A stretch of DNA of 64,000 nucleotides from Octopus sinensis (GCF_006345805.1 NC_043016.1:25420001-25484000), one strand, 5' to 3'. Positions 11,818 through 24,194 are shown, counted from the stretch's first letter. The notes: a model not told the origin generated them from the sequence alone. Made by a program: numbers and translations.

Positions 11818-12158
11818 TATATGGGTACAGAACGTCACCCTCTTCTATCTTTACTCTTTCCAAATAAAATATTTCTCTCAGCATTCACTATTCTAGTCTA
11901 ACGACCCTCCATGTTTGTTTACATTCAGTTTCCTTCTATGTCGCGCATCCATTTTCAAGTATATATGAGTGTGTGTGTATGTGTGTATAGATGTATACAA
12001 TGTTTTTTTTTTTCAGTTTCTGTCTACCAAATCCACCCACAAGGTTTTGGTTGCCCAAGGCTCTAGTAGAAGACACTTGCCCAAGGTGCCAGGCAGTGAG
12101 ACTAAACCCTGAACCATGTTGTTGGGAAGTAAGCTTCTTACCACACAGCCACTCCTAC
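10558..12158 (-). mobile_element. SINE family A split by an RTE insertion (tail 10558-10860, head 12010-12158)
   Basis: Two complementary halves flank the insert at the internal TA/TG tract. Confidence 0.7.
10845..11752 (+). mobile_element. RTE LINE 3' end (ORF C-terminus plus 3' UTR)
   Basis: Encodes LRWYGHV...GRGRPRKTWDEVVKHDL; ends gttaaatggtgatgatgatg. Confidence 0.9.
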
Positions 12159-13168
12159 ATATATATATATATATTTTTTTTTCTTTTGCCTTTTTTTTTC
12201 CTGAATATAAGCAGCACAGTATTCTAGTATTTTTGATGTGGATTTATATGAAGAGATTAAAATAATAAATAAGCACAGCCCCCTATATTTTGTGGAGTCA
12301 ACCAGTGAGACCCTCAATCTGTAGCTGTCAAAGATGTCTTCCTTTTTTTGACAAGTGCTTCTACAAAGTTGTAGAACTAAAGAGGAAAGCATTCATCAAA
12401 GGACCATTACTTCTTGTCATCTTTTTTTTTAATACATTATTTTTTTCTCTTTAAAATATATCAATGCTGTCTAATTTTTTTTTTTTGTTTTGTTTTGTTT
12501 ATTTAAATATGAAAGATTCGATAGCTGTCAAGCCCACTTACTTATATTTTTTGCTAGAATTGAGTTCTCTTATAAAAAAAAATTAAGGTTAGTATTTTCT
12601 GCTGCCCCTTACAAGTGTGGCAATTTAGCCCAATGTAAACCACTGGTATTTATTTTATCAAATTTTTAAGGATGAAAATATATGTTAATTCATTTTGACA
12701 AGTTGAATTTGGTTCTTAACCTCTGAACCACCATCCTGTCTTCATGTGGAAAATGTGCACTAAATTTTCCCAGCTTGAAAACGTTCATACATTTTTCATT
12801 AAACATCTCTGCTACATCAGGGCACCGATTGTACCAAGACGTCTTTAAAGAATATAGGATTCCACTTATTCACCAGCTTTACTGCTGTATCTGCCCAATT
12901 TCACACAAAATATTTTTTTCCTGTTTACAAAAGTCTTAAAAGGAAATACATATCAAAAGTGCCAACAATCGTTTAAAATGTGACACAGAAATTGAAAACT
13001 TCCTGAAAGACTTTAAGTTAATGTAACTGCTGGAATCAATGGTTTTAATTTGAAGGAAAAACACATGAAAGAAACCATGCTGATTAATTATGTCCTTTTT
13101 TTTCGGTCTGTCCAAGAAATTTTATAAACTTCAGTACTTGTAAGAGTTTTGTTCTGGTAAAATCAACA

Positions 13169-13535
13169 TAGGCGCAGGAGTGGCTGTGTGGTAAGTAGCT
13201 TGCTAACCAACCACACAGTTGCGGGTTCAGTCCCACTGCGTGGCATCTTGGGAAAGTGTCTTCTGCTATAGCCCACGGGCCGACCAATGCCTTGTGAGTG
13301 GATTTGGTAGACGGAAACTGAAAGAAGCCTGTCGTATATATGTATATATATGTATATGTGTGTGTGTGTCTGTGTTTGTCCCCCTAGCATTGTTTGACAA
13401 CCGATGCTGGTGTGTTTAGGTCCCCGTCACTTAGTGGTTCGGCAAAAAGAGACCGATAGAATAAGTACTAAAGGTGGTGCTCCAGCATGGCCGCAGTCAA
13501 ATGACTGAAACAAGTAAAAGAGTAAAAAAAAAAAA
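13169..13535 (+). mobile_element. SINE family A
   Basis: Colinear similarity to 766-1190. Confidence 0.9.
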
Positions 13536-13689
13536 AGAGTAATAGTCATCATTAACTCTTTTGGGTGCCATCTCTTGATACTAACTGGTTTTTTGTGATA
13601 CAAAAAAAAAACAAAAAACAAAAAAAGCAACAAAAATACAACAAACCCACAGTAAATAAAAACACTCTATCATAATTTTGTATCATTTA

Positions 13690-14070
13690 TCTTTTACTTA
13701 TTTCATTCATTGGACTGTGGCCATGCTGGGGCACAGCCTTGAAGGGTTTTAGTGGAACAGATCTCAACCAGTACCTCTTTTTTAAGTCTGGTACATATTC
13801 TATCAGTCTCTTTTGCCAAAACACTAAGTTATGGAGATGTAAGCAAGCCAACACCATTACTCAGGTGGTGATGGTGGTGATGATGGTGGTGGTGGTGGTG
13901 GTAACAAGCACAACGCAAAACACATTGATACATGCTCTTACATATATGTATATTCAATGAGTTTCCACGGTTTCCATCTACAAAATTAACTCCCAAAGCA
14001 TTGACCAACTTGGCTCTGTGTTAGAAGACACTAGCCCAAGGTGCTCTGCAGTGAAACTGAACCCACAGTA
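13690..14070 (-). mobile_element. SINE family A (diverged)
   Basis: Reverse-complement similarity to SINE A. Confidence 0.7.
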
Positions 14071-14089
14071 AGATGGCTAAGTTTGTGCC

Positions 14090-14770
14090 TATTGGAAGAA
14101 GCAATTATAGATCCCAAGTTTGGAGTTGCAGAGTATGAGATTTTAAGCAGAGATTTATTGAAGATGGGTAATAATTATGGCATGGTGGGAAATTAGAACA
14201 TAGGATTTTGAAAAATAGCTTGGGTAAAGATTTAACCCGGGGAGAGAATGATGGTGCAAACTATAACATATCCTACTTTCTGCCCTTGGAGGGCTTAGAA
14301 CCTGGCATAGTGATGAGCAGGCTACCCAGGGTAAGTTGGAGATTATTCAACCTCTTAGGTAACTGGAATACCAGGTGGGTACGGGCAACAGGGGAATTTG
14401 GTTGCAGTATGATGGGATGTGGATAGGTTGAGGCAAGCCTGGAGGGCTTAGATTCCATACTAGGAAAGAAAAATTCAAGATTTACTTTTAGTCTAGTATT
14501 GGGAATATATGAGAGCCTCTCACAGAAGCCATTATTCTGGAGAATCATGGGTATAGTACAGTGTATGATTGTTAAACATATCCTCTTTAGCTTGATAGGT
14601 TAGAGATCTTGCTTGAGACACCAGTGATAATGCTATTAAGAGGAAATCTATGGAAATTAGGTGGATTATTGATATATTGCAATGATTCATTTGACTTATG
14701 GTAAGGGTAAACCCTAGTTTGCATTTAAGTCAGGAGTCACATCTAAGAAGTTAGCTGTTTTACTGCTGTT
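14090..14770 (-). mobile_element. Penelope-like element RT/linker remnant
   Basis: Degenerate KTANFLDVT..PYHKSNESLQYINN..ISNLSS..F..YY..LQNNGFCERLSY, typical of the PLE RT C-terminus. Confidence 0.7.
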
Positions 14771-14875
14771 ATCAAATGAAATACATTATAATTCTTAAAA
14801 TGATTATGGAGGGTCTTCCAGGTACTTTCAATGGATGGTTAAAGCATAACTGTATATGTGTGTGTGTGTGTGTGA

Positions 14876-14920
<45 letters not shown>

Positions 14921-15054
14921 TATATATATATATACACACGCACACACACATATATATATACGTATAAGGGATGACCCTCATTATTTAAATTTTTTATATA
15001 TACACACACATATATATATATCTACACACACACATATATATATACATATAAATA

Positions 15055-15220
15055 TGCAATGGCTTTCCATACAGTTTCCATTTAGGAAACCCACTCATTG
15101 GACACTGGTCAACCTGCAGCTATAGTACAAGACATTTGTCCAAAGTGCCATGCAGTGGGACTGAACCTGAAACCTGGTGGTTGCAAAGTGAACTTCTTAA
15201 CTACATAGCCATGCCTTTGC
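15055..15220 (-). mobile_element. SINE family A head
   Basis: gcagtgggactgaacc...agccatgcc. Confidence 0.75.
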
Positions 15221-16557
15221 TTATATACGAGAACTATTTTGGTGTCATAAAGATTATGTACCTAACTCAGAGTTTGAAAATGACTGTCTGAGAAAAAGAA
15301 AAGTTATTTTACTAAATCCTTTCAAATCTTTGATTATTTTCAAAATTTACTGGAACATGTGGACAGCATATTTCATTAGAAATATTACTACCAAGAAATA
15401 AGTTTAATTAGCATCTTGCAGAAGTCCTAATCAGTGAAAATAACGAGCAGGAGGGGGATGTTATGAAATTGAAACAGTATTGGAGTAAAGGGGGAAATAT
15501 TTCTTTTTTTTAATTTTTTTTTTATATATTTTTGCTAAAGTCAACTGCTTTCGATAATGAATAAAAATGTTCCCTAAATAAACAATTTTTTGTACAATTA
15601 ACAAGAGAGGGAGGTGGGGGAGAAAGAGAGAAGGGAGAAAAGAATGTGAAAGAGAGGTGAGATTTGAAGATAATTTAAAAGTAATTTTATGTTTCAGAAT
15701 TATACAAAAAGCAATTATGTTTTTTTAGTCAGAAAACTGAAGTATGTTTTTTATTTGTTTCTTTTTCTTCAGTTGATCACATTAAAATTATTATATACAT
15801 GTGTATATATGTGTGTGTGTGTGTGTGTGTCATCATCAACAACAGCATGATGTATTCATGCACACACACACACACCTACCTATATGCAAATGTGTGTGGT
15901 TGTGTATTGAACCCTGTTGATATCAACATTTCCTCTTTTCAGACAAACAAAAAGACAGAAAAGAAAAACAATAATAAAATAAAATCCTTCCACAAAACAA
16001 AGCAATAAAACTAAAACAAAAGCAAAAAGTAGCCATCGGTGACATTTAAGAAGAAACGGTAAACATTCTTCATGCCATATCAGGTGTGTTAGGTTTGTGG
16101 GTCAACAGAGCTATTTGATTGGCTTCTTGTGGGTCACAGCAGCAGTTTGACCAGATTTGAATGGGGGTAATGTGTGAAGAAGGTTGGTGGGTGGGTTTAT
16201 CAAGCAAAGATGATGACAACGATAACAACAGCAATATCATTTCTGAAAAAAAAGAAAAAAAAAAGAAAACAACTCAAAAATGATTAAAAAACAAACAAAC
16301 AAAAATACCAAAAAACAACAAAGAACAATGTAAAAGGGATTATATATTCTACTTAGATTTCTGCTTTGGATTCTTTTGAAAGGAGGATGGTCCTACACAC
16401 ATGATGGTTTATGTTTTCATTCAGTAAGATGATACACCTAAAGATGACTATACGCCTCATTTAAAGATTTTTTTTTCCTTTATGATGACAAAAAAAAAAT
16501 AATAATAAAACAAAGACTTTTTAACAAAACTGTTTATTATTATTTATTTGTAGATTG

Positions 16558-17110
16558 TAAGGTGGGCAAAATGTTTTATGGCATTTCGTCCATTTGTCCA
16601 TCTTTATGTTCTGAGTTCAAATTCTGCCAAGGTTGACATTGCCTTTTATCCTTTTGGGGGTCAATAAATTAAGTACCAATTGAGTACTGTAAATGATGTA
16701 ATTGGCTCGTCCTCTCCCCTGAAGTTGCTGGCCTTGATGTAATTGACTAGTCCCATCCCCCAAATTTCAGGCCTTGTGCCTTTAGTCCAAAAGATTATTT
16801 ATTGGTACATTGTAAGGTGGTGAGCTGTCAGAATCATTAGCATGCCAAACAAAATGTCGTTAATGTTTAACGACATTTTGTCAATCAAATTTCGCTGTGA
16901 GTTCAAATTCCACTATAGTCAACATCGCCTTTTGTCTTTTGGGGGCTTGTGTCTATACTAGAAAAAATTATTATTGGTAGATTAGCAGAATCATTAGAAA
17001 TGTAGAAAAAACAAATATCTTGTGGTATTCATTCAGGCTCTTCATATACTGGAATCAAATCCTGCCAAGGACCAAGGACAACTTTGCTTTTCCTGGGGAT
17101 CAATACAATA
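16558..17110 (+). mobile_element. Three tandem degenerate SINE B copies
   Basis: Repeated gagttcaaattc...tgccttt...aagtacca modules separated by (TTA)n. Confidence 0.7.
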
Positions 17111-17440
17111 AGCTCATTGGCTAATCACAACACTGGCACCTGTTCTGGCACTGTTTTTCTATACATTGCTAGCAGGAAGATGAATTGCCACTATCTCTAG
17201 CAGTTGGGTATCCATCACTGATGAGACCAAAGAAAGTCAAAATCAAGTGATAGTTTCAGTGCTGGCTACAGCAGGGATTTATCTCCCCACTTGTAATATA
17301 AACAAGAATGCATTTTGCACTAAAAGATAATATGAGAGTTTCTCTCGTGGTATCTACAGCAGTATAGTTTGTTCTATAGCGGGTTAATTTTATAGTCACC
17401 AGTTTTTCTACAACAGTTATAGTAGTTGAAATAATTGTTA

Positions 17441-17999
17441 TAAAACCAAATCAAATCTCCTTCTGTTGGGTTTTTCAGTTTGTTTAAGAGCCTTTTATAT
17501 CTGATGTAGTGATTTTCTTTTGCTTTTTCTGACAAATTGACCTTTCCTCATCATAAAAGACTTACATCTAATGTCTTCATGGACAACATTTCTAACTGTT
17601 CCTTCTGGGACATTGAGATCTTTTGCAATTGACCTCAAAGACTTTCTGGGATTGTAATCAATGGTCTGTTGAACTTTCTGGGTAAATTCAGGTGTTCTGA
17701 TGATTTCAGAGCATTTAGAATGCTTTTTATGTTTTGATACTGGTGAATCATTTCTATCTGCAGTCTCTAGCTCCTTACAAACTTTGTAGACGAAAGATTT
17801 GACAAGTTTTAAAAATCAAGAAATTTCTAAATTGCTATGCTTAGCTTTTTTTACCACAGTAACAGCATGCCTCTTCATTTCTTGAGTAAGCTGAAGGTCT
17901 GCCATTATTATTTTCTGAAACAAAGATTATACAAGGTTAGCAATAAAATGCAGCAATGACCCCAAAAAAGGTATGCCCTCAAATACTTTACACACCCTG
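17441..17999 (-). mobile_element. Tc1/mariner transposon left end with N-terminal transposase pseudogene
   Basis: TA-CAGGGTGTG terminus at 17999; ATG at 17905, MADLQLTQEMKRHAV...NPRKSLRSIAKDLNVPEGTVRNVVHEDI (HTH), truncated at LIWF before the DDE/D domain. Confidence 0.8.
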
Positions 18000-18009
18000 T
18001 ATATGTATA

Positions 18010-18844
18010 TATCTATGTGTGTGTGTCTTTGCATCTGTGTTTGTCCTTGCAATCACCATTTGACAACTAATGTTGGTGTGATTATTTCCCCTTAACTTAG
18101 CAGTTTGGCAAAAAAGTCTGATAGAATAAGTACTAGGCTTCAGAAATAAGTCCTGGGTTGACTAAAACCTCTTCAAGGCAATGGTCCAGCATGACTGCAA
18201 TCAAATGACTGAAACAAATAAAATATATTTATATATATATGTATGGATGTATAAACAATAATACAAATGGGTTGAGGTTCAATACAGCTGTTTCAGATAT
18301 GTCCTTTATTGATGAACAAAACTATTATCTCATATAAAAGCCATTTTCTTCAGGTGGAGTAAGAGTAAAATTTAACATTTAGGATTTATCACATAAATAG
18401 AACATAATACATATTGACTCTTCCATCTTGGTTACAGCTGAGAGAAGTAGATAGAGAATGCTATTTCAAAGTAAATATACATGATGCTAAATTAATGAAT
18501 ATATTTAAGGGATTGAAATAGAGGGGAAAAAAGGAAGAGAAATAGAAAGGGATGAAAAAAGGGAAGAGGAATGGAAAAAAAAGAAAAAAAATTCTTTATA
18601 TATAAAATTCTTTAAGGCGGTGCTCCAACATGGCCGCAGTCAAATGACTGAAACGAGTAAAAGAGTATAAAAGAGTACACACTCACACACACACGCATAT
18701 ATATATACTCTTTTACTCTTTTACTTGTTTCAGTTATTTGACTGCGGCCATGCTGGAGCACTGCCTTTAGTCAGGCAAATCGACCCCGGGACTTATTCTT
18801 TGTAAGCCCAGTACTTATTCTATCGGTCTCTTTTGCCGAACCGC

Positions 18845-18845
<1 letters not shown>
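18010..18845. mobile_element. SINE A fragments (18010-18225 +, 18610-18675 +, 18707-18845 -)
   Basis: Similarity to the SINE A 3' half. Confidence 0.8.
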
Positions 18846-18877
<32 letters not shown>

Positions 18878-19064
18878 AGTGAAAGACAGAAGATGGAGTA
18901 TACGAGAATTCATTATTAATCATACCAATTGTTTTGACACATCTAGCATTGATCCCTCATGAGTGGGACATTCAACAGCTGGTTCAGGAACATAACGATT
19001 ACTTTACCAGTAAGCTACCAGGTCTAAACCATACGTTCTATTATACAATAATATATATATATAT

Positions 19065-19500
19065 ATGGTGGTTGTCTCACTCCTTATGTAGAGTCCGACC
19101 ACCTCCTGTACCTACACCTTAAAATCATCATGACGTCTGATGTGGCTTTTTAAACCAGACAATGTTTTGAAAAGACACCCATATAGATTGTGTATCCAGT
19201 TTGAACCACCGAGAGCTGCAGATAAGTTCTGACCTTTGTGGATCTTAAAATGTCTTTTGAGGCCACCATTGGATTTGCAAACCATTTGGCATACATTGCC
19301 TTGAAATAGTATCTGATAATAACTGATGAAAGGAGTATATGTTTAATATGTTTTTTTTCCTATGAATCTTTTATGTTTTAAGGTCTCATTGTTCTAAGTT
19401 GTCCTTCATTGTCATAGGGTTCCAAGTTCCTTGGTTTATGGAGATTTTCATGTTTTTATTATAACATATACCGACATTCCATTATTGCCTTCATTGAGAT
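19065..19500 (-). mobile_element. RTE-like LINE 3' end with two C2H2-like motifs
   Basis: Minus translation gives CKSNGGLKRHFKIH and FKTLSGLKSHIRRH, then a short 3' UTR ending at (TA)n. Confidence 0.55.
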
Positions 19501-19526
19501 TCTAATTATGGTTAGAATATTATTTT

Positions 19527-19838
19527 AAGTTCTATATTTAAGAGATGAGGAATTATGTACATTATTTATATTATTTACATTATTTACATTCGACGGATAT
19601 TTGTCCTCATCTTCTTTGTTGTTAACATGTTTCGGCTGATATACCCTCCAGCCTTCATCAGGTGTCTTGGGGAAATTTCGAACCTGGGTTCTCATTCCTA
19701 AGGTATTCTTCAATGTTGTTGTTGTTGTTGTTATTATTATTATTATTATTATTGTTCAGGTCACTGCTTGGAATTGAACTCAGAATCTTGGGGTTAGTAG
19801 CCCCGCACTCTTAACCACTACGCCATATGCCCGTGGGC

Positions 19839-19887
<49 letters not shown>

Positions 19888-20027
19888 TAACATCGAAGAA
19901 TACCTTAGGAATGAGAACCCAGGTTCAAAATTTTCCCAAGACACCTGATGAAGGCTGGAGAGTATATCAGCCAAACCGTGTTAACAACAAACAAGATGAG
20001 GACAAATATCTGTCAAATGTAAATATT
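19527..20027 (-). mobile_element. tRNA-headed, hammerhead-bearing short element with an inverted duplicate arm
   Basis: Minus-strand A box tggcgtagtgg (19815-19825) and B box gagttcaattcc (19770-19781); arms 19581-19750 and 19841-20025 are inverted. Confidence 0.75.
19621..19666 (-). ncRNA. Hammerhead ribozyme core (degenerate stem III/I)
   Basis: gacac-CTGATGA-a-ggctg-gagggtatat-cagcc-GAAAC-atgtt. Confidence 0.6.
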
Positions 20028-20170
20028 ATTTTAAGGTTTCTAATTTATGGAAACTTAGTTGCACATATTAATGTATGTATGTATGTATGTAAGTGTGTAT
20101 GTATGCATGCATACGTGCATATACACATAGTTTCATTAAAGTTTCAAATATGAAGTGCAATTCATATTTG

Positions 20171-20252
20171 AAGCTCTGATGAGGCTATGAGTTGTAACTC
20201 AGGCACTCAACTATGAATCCACCACATCATATAGAGGAAACAGTTGTCAGCT
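20171..20252 (+). ncRNA. Type-I hammerhead motif with extended stem II
   Basis: agct-CTGATGA-ggctat...atagag-GAAAC-agtt-GTC-agct. Confidence 0.55.
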
Positions 20253-20316
20253 AATGAAGTTCATAAGATAATCATTTATTCTTTTGTTATCTCTTTTTTT
20301 TCTATACTTAACTAGC

Positions 20317-20694
20317 TTACTTGTACTTGTACTTGTGGCGACATTCACCCTGGGCGCGTTGAGTTGGCTTCTTCTACTCATGGATGAAGTTTCATGTGAA
20401 TATGTGGATTTCACAAGCAGTCCCCAACAATCCCGCATGTGGAGACATCCTGTTTGCCACAGATTGTCCGCAGACGCAGGGACAGAACGACCGAGGAGCC
20501 GCCGATTGCCGAAGCAGACACTCCGAGGATTTTCACCAGAGCCCCGTCTGCCGGGTTGTGGCCCTAATACCACTTGGTGTCAGACCAATCTGCCTTGGGT
20601 GACCCTACCAGGAACCGAAGTTCCCAACGGCATAGCTCTGACACTACCCGTTGCCAGCATCCCCACCACATTGAGGAGGGGATGGACTTTGGGG
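20317..20694 (-). mobile_element. Bipartite internally deleted RTE (5' UTR motif fused to 3' end), ~24-bp TSD
   Basis: RTE/BovB-like 5' motif gagctatgccg...ggtagggtcacccaaggcaga; (CAAGTA)n tail; TSD c(t)8-9ctatactYaactaRc at 20293-20316 and 20712-20736. Confidence 0.7.
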
Positions 20695-21074
20695 ACTAAC
20701 ACTCAACTATACTTTTTTTTTCTATACTCAACTAACACTTCATTGAAGGGTATATGTGTATTTTTCTACACCAGGTTATTAGTATTGTGCTGATAGTCAA
20801 TATCTGCTGCTGATGATATGCATGCATGCAGAAATCGCACGATCTAGAAGTTCTGCCACTGTTGCTAGACATTTTTTGCTCACTACTGATAATTGTGTGC
20901 TTTTTAGTACTTACATCTATATTCTCAAGTTGAATACCACTGTACTATGGTGTTCTTAAAGTATATCAGTATACCCATGTTAAGTGAGACATAAAGATTA
21001 CTGTTTGGTACTAAAACAGCTTCCGTTGCACATAAATAAGCTTAATGTAGATTTGAAAATCCCAGAATTTTCAA

Positions 21075-21098
21075 CAGCAGCAGCAGCAGTAATCGTAC

Positions 21099-21147
<49 letters not shown>

Positions 21148-21157
21148 CATAATAGTT

Positions 21158-21192
<35 letters not shown>

Positions 21193-21215
21193 CATAATAG
21201 TTGTAGTAGTAGTAG
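21075..21215. repeat. (CAG)n/(TAG)n microsatellite
   Basis: Direct reading. Confidence 0.95.
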
Positions 21216-22007
21216 AAGAAGAGGAGAATAGGGATGTGGGGTAGGAGGGAGAGAGTGATAGAGGGCAATTCATCCAAAAATCAATGAAAACACAGTACCA
21301 AAACTCTGATTCTGTTGAAAGAAATTCATGCATATGGTAACATTTTGTGTGACCATATTTCATGAATGATGGTAATCTTGTAAAAAAATTAAAAGAATAA
21401 AACAAGCAAAGCCTACAAGAGACAGCTGTTGCTGTCAAAAAAAAAAAACGAAAAAAACTACCACATGAGCCAGATTTAAGGACCTTGGCTTTTGGTTGTT
21501 ATGTTCCTCGATTACAAGAGATTGTGTGATTTTGGTACTCAAAGGGCAGTAAGGGGCAGTAATTCTGAACAAGATCTGTTTTGGATTAGGATAACATAGT
21601 CTAACTGTTGTCTAGTATGGAAAGTGAATGATGATGATGATGATGATGATGAAAGTGAGACTTGTCTAGTATCAAGAAAATGAGCCAAAAGAACACAAAT
21701 AGTTTTCACTTGTCTAACCTTTTTTTTTTTATCTAACCTAAAATAGTGCCCCTGGTTCTCTAATACAAACTTCCTGTTTTAAAATGATCTCAAAACTTCC
21801 ATCAAAATTTCATATAAATTTATGTTTAAAATACTAATTCAATAAGGAAAAATTATCTTGCTAAGTCTTTTCAAAGTTTCAAAATTAATTGAAACAAAGA
21901 CTATGCATTTCAAAAAGAAATATGGTAACAAAAGGGTTAAAGTGATCTAAATTTAAATCTTCCATCAAAACTTCATGCTAATTTATGCTACAAAACCAGC
22001 TTACTAA

Positions 22008-22217
22008 CTCTTTTTACTTTTTTTTAATCCTTTTACTTGTTTCAGTCATTTGACTGTGGCCTTTAGTTGAGCAAATCGACCCCAGGACTTATTCTTTATA
22101 AGCCTAGTACTTATTCTGTTGGTCTCTTTTTGCCAAACCGCTAGGTTACAGGGATGTAAACACACCAGCATCGGTTGTCAAGCGATGTTGGGGGGACAAA
22201 AACAGACACACAAACAG

Positions 22218-22258
<41 letters not shown>

Positions 22259-22382
22259 TGTATACGACCGGCCCAAAGCTATAGTAGAAGACACTTGCCC
22301 AAGGTGCCACGCAGTGGGACTGAACCCGAAACCATGTGGTTCATAAGCAAGCTACTTACTACACACCCACTCCTACGCCTAT
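22008..22382 (-). mobile_element. SINE family A
   Basis: Reverse-complement similarity to SINE A, with an internal deletion. Confidence 0.9.
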
Positions 22383-22392
22383 AAAAGTAATA

Positions 22393-22433
22393 TTCCCATG
22401 CCAGGAATCGAACCCGGGCCGCCTGGGTGAAAG
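22393..22433 (-). pseudogene. tRNA-Glu(TTC) 3' half
   Basis: Minus strand ctttcacccaggcggcccgggttcgattcctggcatgggaa runs from the anticodon loop through the T arm to the acceptor 3' strand of eukaryotic tRNA-Glu. Confidence 0.8.
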
Positions 22434-22515
22434 TTAAATTTATTTTCTAATTTCTCCAATATTTTCTAACTTAATTGAAAAAAAAATGGCAGTGTATTTC
22501 AACAGAAATACAGTA

Positions 22516-23612
22516 GGCATGGCTGTGTGGTAGGGAGGTGGCGAGCTGGCAGAAACGTTGGCACGCCGGGCGAAATGATTAGTGTATTTTCGTCTGCTGA
22601 TACGTTCTGAGTTCAAATTCTACCGAGGTCGACTTTGCTTTTCATCCTTTTGGGGTTGATAAATTAAGTACCAGTTACACACTGGAGTCGATGTAATCAA
22701 CTTAATCCCTTTGTCTGTCCTTGTTTATCCCCTCTATGCTTAGCCTCTTGAAGGCAATAAAGAAATAAGAAGCTTGCTTCCCAACCACATGGTTCATGGT
22801 TCAATCCCAGTGCATGGCATCTTGGGTGTCATTTACTATGGCCTCGGGCCGGCCAAAGCTTTGTGAGTAGATTTGGTAGATGGAAACTGAAAGAAGTCCA
22901 TTGTATGCCAACCCCCCTTTGCTTGCAAAGACATGTTGGGGCAAGCGAAAGCGAAATCGAATTGAACCAGCCAGGATCCCTGGTCTGGTGGTACGTAAAA
23001 AGCACTATCCGACTCGTGGCCAATGCCAGCGCCGCCTCGACTGGCTTCCATGCCGGTGGCACATAAAATACACCAATCCGACCGTGGCCGTTGCCAGCCT
23101 CACCTGGCACCTGTGCAGGTGGCACGTAAAAAGCACCCACTACACTCACGGGGTGGTTGGCGTTAGGAAGGGCATCCAGCTGTAGAAACATTGCCAGATA
23201 AGACTGGAGTCTGGTGCAGCCTTCTGGCTTCCCAGATCCCTGGTCGAACCGTCCAACCCATGCTAGCATGGAGAACGGACGTTAAACGATGATGATGATG
23301 ATGATGATGATATATATATATATACAAAAAGCTTTTATGAAAATATACATGTATATATTTATGTGTGTGTGTCTGTGTTTGCCCCCACCCTCACCCCATC
23401 ACTTGACAACCGCTGTTGGTGTGTTTATGTCCCCATAACTTAGTGGTTTGGCAAAAGGGACCAATTAAATATGAACTGGCCATACAGAGAATAAGTCCTG
23501 GCCATACAAAGAATAAGTCCTGGGGTCAATTTCTTTGACTAGAAACCCTTTAAAGTGGTGCTCCAGCATGGCCACACTCAAACAACTGAAACAGTTAAAA
23601 GAATAAAAGAAT
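22516..23612 (+). mobile_element. Nested composite: SINE A containing SINE B (22534-22770) and an RTE 3' end (22905-23310)
   Basis: The SINE A sequence resumes after each insert. Confidence 0.85.
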
Positions 23613-23902
23613 AATATATATAGAGAGGATTCATCTTTGAGAAATAATGTGTGTTAAGATTCCTGTTCACTTATTAATTTAAAGACCTTCATGCAAGTAT
23701 CAAATTAAACAGAGCTTATTATATAACAAACGAACTTTCAAAACAATGTAACACTTCTCAGAGGATGAAACAACAACAGTCGCATAAAGTCAACAACAAA
23801 CATCCAGTGGGCTTTCAGTTAAGCATTGACGTAAAGCTGAACTTAAATGTTGCTGATTTCTAATTCTCTCCTGAACTAGTTTTTAAAGTTATCTGTAAAA
23901 AG

Positions 23903-23939
<37 letters not shown>

Positions 23940-24194
23940 TATAAATATATATATATACAAACACGCACGTTTGTTCTTATTTGTTTCTACCTGGTTAAAT
24001 TTAAATTATAATCTCCAATAATATCTCAAGTTTCTCACCTCATCATGAATATAAAGATCTCGACTTTCACAAACCAAGATATCAAGTTTCCATCTTATCT
24101 GTCAGCGCTGCCTCAGATTTGGCAACAATGTGCTGAGGTCACTTGTGTATAAGCGGCACTGCCAAGGCTATTTATTTTTTTATCACTATTTTTA

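Larger units (their letters stand above)
21730..22515 (-). mobile_element. piggyBac-like TTAA MITE dimer, interrupted by SINE A and a tRNA fragment
   Basis: Reverse complement of 1654-2389, including the same junction ggtaacaaaagggttaaagtgatctaa. Confidence 0.55.

Noticed and set aside
20284-20793. 169-aa plus-strand ORF as a host gene
   Set aside because: It is the antisense reading of a TSD-flanked RTE derivative.
23860-23892. Possible minus-strand terminal exon (tttctttttacag|ITLKTSSGEN*)
   Set aside because: Good acceptor but only ten codons, with no recognisable homology or partner exon; it needs RNA-seq support.
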